From Gaiellaceae bacterium (GTDB lineage Bacteria; Actinomycetota; Thermoleophilia; Gaiellales; Gaiellaceae), in NCBI GenBank assembly GCA_035653275.1, contig DASRCE010000002.1, positions 13,267 through 77,266 on the forward strand: 64,000 nt of DNA. The letters are read 5' to 3'. This document shows positions 63,101-64,000 of this stretch, piece after piece (within the stretch, counting starts at the first letter, position 1; every line of letters starts with the position of its first letter). The position numbers were made by a program, and so were the translations under genes. The notes under the pieces are model-generated. The model made no database searches. It worked only from the letters and a program-made list of their open reading frames with translations, and was not told the DNA's origin.

Positions 63101-63723
63101 TCGAGATCCACGTGCATCGAGGCGACGTCGCCGCGGCCCGGCGGCTGCTGGCGCGCTACGACGAGCTCGCCCGCTCCGGGGACGTGCAGCTCGAGACGTG
63201 CTACCTCTCGGCGCTCGCGGCTGTGCGGCTCGCCGACGGCGATCTGGGCGGCGCGCTCGCTGCGGCGGAGCGCGCGGTCGACGCCGAGGAGACGTTCGGG
63301 CTCGCGTTCCAGGGGATCAAGCAGGCGCTCGTGCACGCCCTCGAAGCCGCGGCCCGGCTGGGAGACCGCGACGAGATCGAGACGCTCCTGCGGCGGATCG
63401 AGCGCCTGCCGCCCGGGCTCCGCCCGCCCTTCCTCGCCGCGAACGTCCACCGGTTCCGCGCGCGCCTCGCCGGCGACGACGCCGGGGCCGACGGAGAGCT
63501 CGACGCCGCGGCGTCCGCGCTCGGCGACCTCGGCTTCCCGTTCCACCTCGCGGTCGTGCAGCTCGAGCACGCGGAGTGGCTTGCGCGGCACGAGCGTCCG
63601 GGGGAGGCGGAGCCGCTCGTGGCCGAGGCCGAGGCGACGTTCGAGGCGCTGCGCGCAAGTCCGTGGGCAGAGCGCGCCGCCGCCCTCGGCCGCGTCGTGG
63701 CACGCGCCGGGCTACCCGCCTGA
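60187..63723 (+). CDS. Double zinc-ribbon / class III cyclase / AAA(STAND) ATPase / TPR signalling protein
   Basis: CxxC pairs in CASCG..CVECG..CERCG..CGECG. Cyclase block ILFADLVGFT...FIGDAVMAVWG. P-loop GVAGTGKSRL, followed by a long TPR-like tail. Confidence 0.88.
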   Translation: MQCASCGTENAAGKKFCVECGASLARACERCGAPLGPAEKFCGECGAAVAAAGQPHRAPPAPPAAAPEPATERRLVSILFADLVGFTPLAESRDAEEVRELLSRYFDTCRRLIDVYGGTVEKFIGDAVMAVWGTPVATEDDAERAVRAALDLVAAVAALGREVGAESLRARAGVLTGEAAVNLAAVGEGMVAGDLVNTASRVQSVAEPGTVLVGEATRRATQRAIAYEEAGAFQLKGKEGETPLWRALRVVSGRGGELRSQGLEAPFVGRERELRQIKELFHVCADERRAQLVSVTGVAGTGKSRLSWEFYKYFDGIADTVYWHRGRCLAYGDGVTYWALADMVRMRCRIAEDEQAETALPKLQAVLEEHILDPDERAYVEPRLAQLVGLAGHEPRERRDLFAAWRLFFERLAETYPTVLAFEDMQWADASLLDFIEHLLEWSRNYPLYVIALARPELLERRPTWGAGLRNFTSLYLEPLPRDAMEAVLDGLVPGLPESLREQILARAEGVPLYAVETVRMLLDRGLVVEDGPAYRVVGEVASLDVPETLQALVAARLDGLSPDERRLLQDASVLGKTFTSAALAALAGREAHEIEPALTSFVRKELLNVQLDPRSPEHGQFGFLQDIVRRVAYETLPRRERRAKHLAAAEHLASTHGEDEVAEVVASHLVEAYRLEPDADDAAVLRMRAFSAMLRAGERAASLGAALEAKRYFVQAAELAAGPEERAQALARAGETALQGGDLVAAEALLEQASELHEQVGDVHAAARVAVNLAEIDATLGRVEESLDRMERAYARVSDDEADADVAYLLAGLGTAHFFAGHRDRAAEFTERALDVAEALKLPDVLCRGWNTKALLVAPRRPQEANALYRLVLDTATAHQLDERAAMTCGNLSDSCFREDDYTESLVYLQRSLDLARRKGDRFAEWFALSELSYALTMLGRWDEAVARLAEVPEEQLGSNTLLGSPLNGVLEIHVHRGDVAAARRLLARYDELARSGDVQLETCYLSALAAVRLADGDLGGALAAAERAVDAEETFGLAFQGIKQALVHALEAAARLGDRDEIETLLRRIERLPPGLRPPFLAANVHRFRARLAGDDAGADGELDAAASALGDLGFPFHLAVVQLEHAEWLARHERPGEAEPLVAEAEATFEALRASPWAERAAALGRVVARAGLPA

Positions 63724-63774
63724 GGGAGGCATATCCCCCTTTAGAGGCCGCGCCTCGCTGCCGATGTTAAGCAC

Positions 63775-64000
63775 GTGTTGACCGGAAGGCGGGCATCGCA
63801 GCCGTTCACGCGTGAGGCGGGCTTCACGCTGATCGAGTTGCTGGTGGTGATCGTGATCGTCGGGATCCTGTTGGCGATCGCGGTGCCGTCCTATCTGGGC
63901 TTCAAGGATCGGGCGAACCAGAAGGCGGCCGACGCGGACATTCGGGCGGCCTTGCCGTCGATCGAGGCGCTCTATGCCGACCGGGGCAGCTACAGCAGCT
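63775..64000 (+). CDS. Type IV pilin-like protein with prepilin N-terminal methylation motif, 3' end outside the window
   Basis: Leader ...REAG followed by the FTLIELLVVIVIVGILLAIAVPSY motif. Confidence 0.8.
   Translation, partial: MLTGRRASQPFTREAGFTLIELLVVIVIVGILLAIAVPSYLGFKDRANQKAADADIRAALPSIEALYADRGSYSS

Overview
High-GC (roughly 70-73% by eye) actinobacterial-type chromosomal segment. Gene content and protein sequences suggest a Thermoleophilia/Rubrobacteria-like organism such as Conexibacter or Solirubrobacter, but that is inference only. The window is densely packed with about 60 protein genes and 5 tRNAs, and many gene junctions overlap by 1 or 4 nt. The housekeeping backbone keeps classic actinobacterial synteny: guaA (5' truncated), rplM-rpsI-glmM-glmS, acpS-nnr-alr, fabI, trxA, an ileS-like gene and ispH. 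Interspersed are a vapBC toxin-antitoxin pair, a large S8 protease and several small accessory genes. Signalling genes are unusually dense: a 1777-aa six-GAF hybrid histidine kinase with an Hpt domain, coupled to a receiver-adenylate cyclase. A second multi-GAF kinase has its phospho-acceptor His replaced by Leu. There is also a Zn-ribbon/cyclase/STAND-ATPase/TPR protein and an ECF sigma module. No transposase, integrase, prophage or CRISPR array was seen. The best-supported hidden feature is a peroxiredoxin that the ORF track splits at an in-frame TGA. That TGA sits exactly at the peroxidatic-Cys position and is followed by a SECIS-like hairpin, making it a candidate selenoprotein inside an ECF-sigma operon. 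Other second-look items: an IleRS homologue lacking canonical HIGH and KMSKS motifs; the His-less kinase; repeated cases where only CTG or TTG can serve as start codon at NTGA stop/start overlaps; a start-codon-sequestering hairpin in the ispH leader; and a lower-GC HTH/LAGLIDADG-like gene bounded by tRNA-Gly and a partial copy of the tRNA T-arm. All coordinates and start choices were derived by hand from the sequence and ORF track. No database searches or folding calculations were run.
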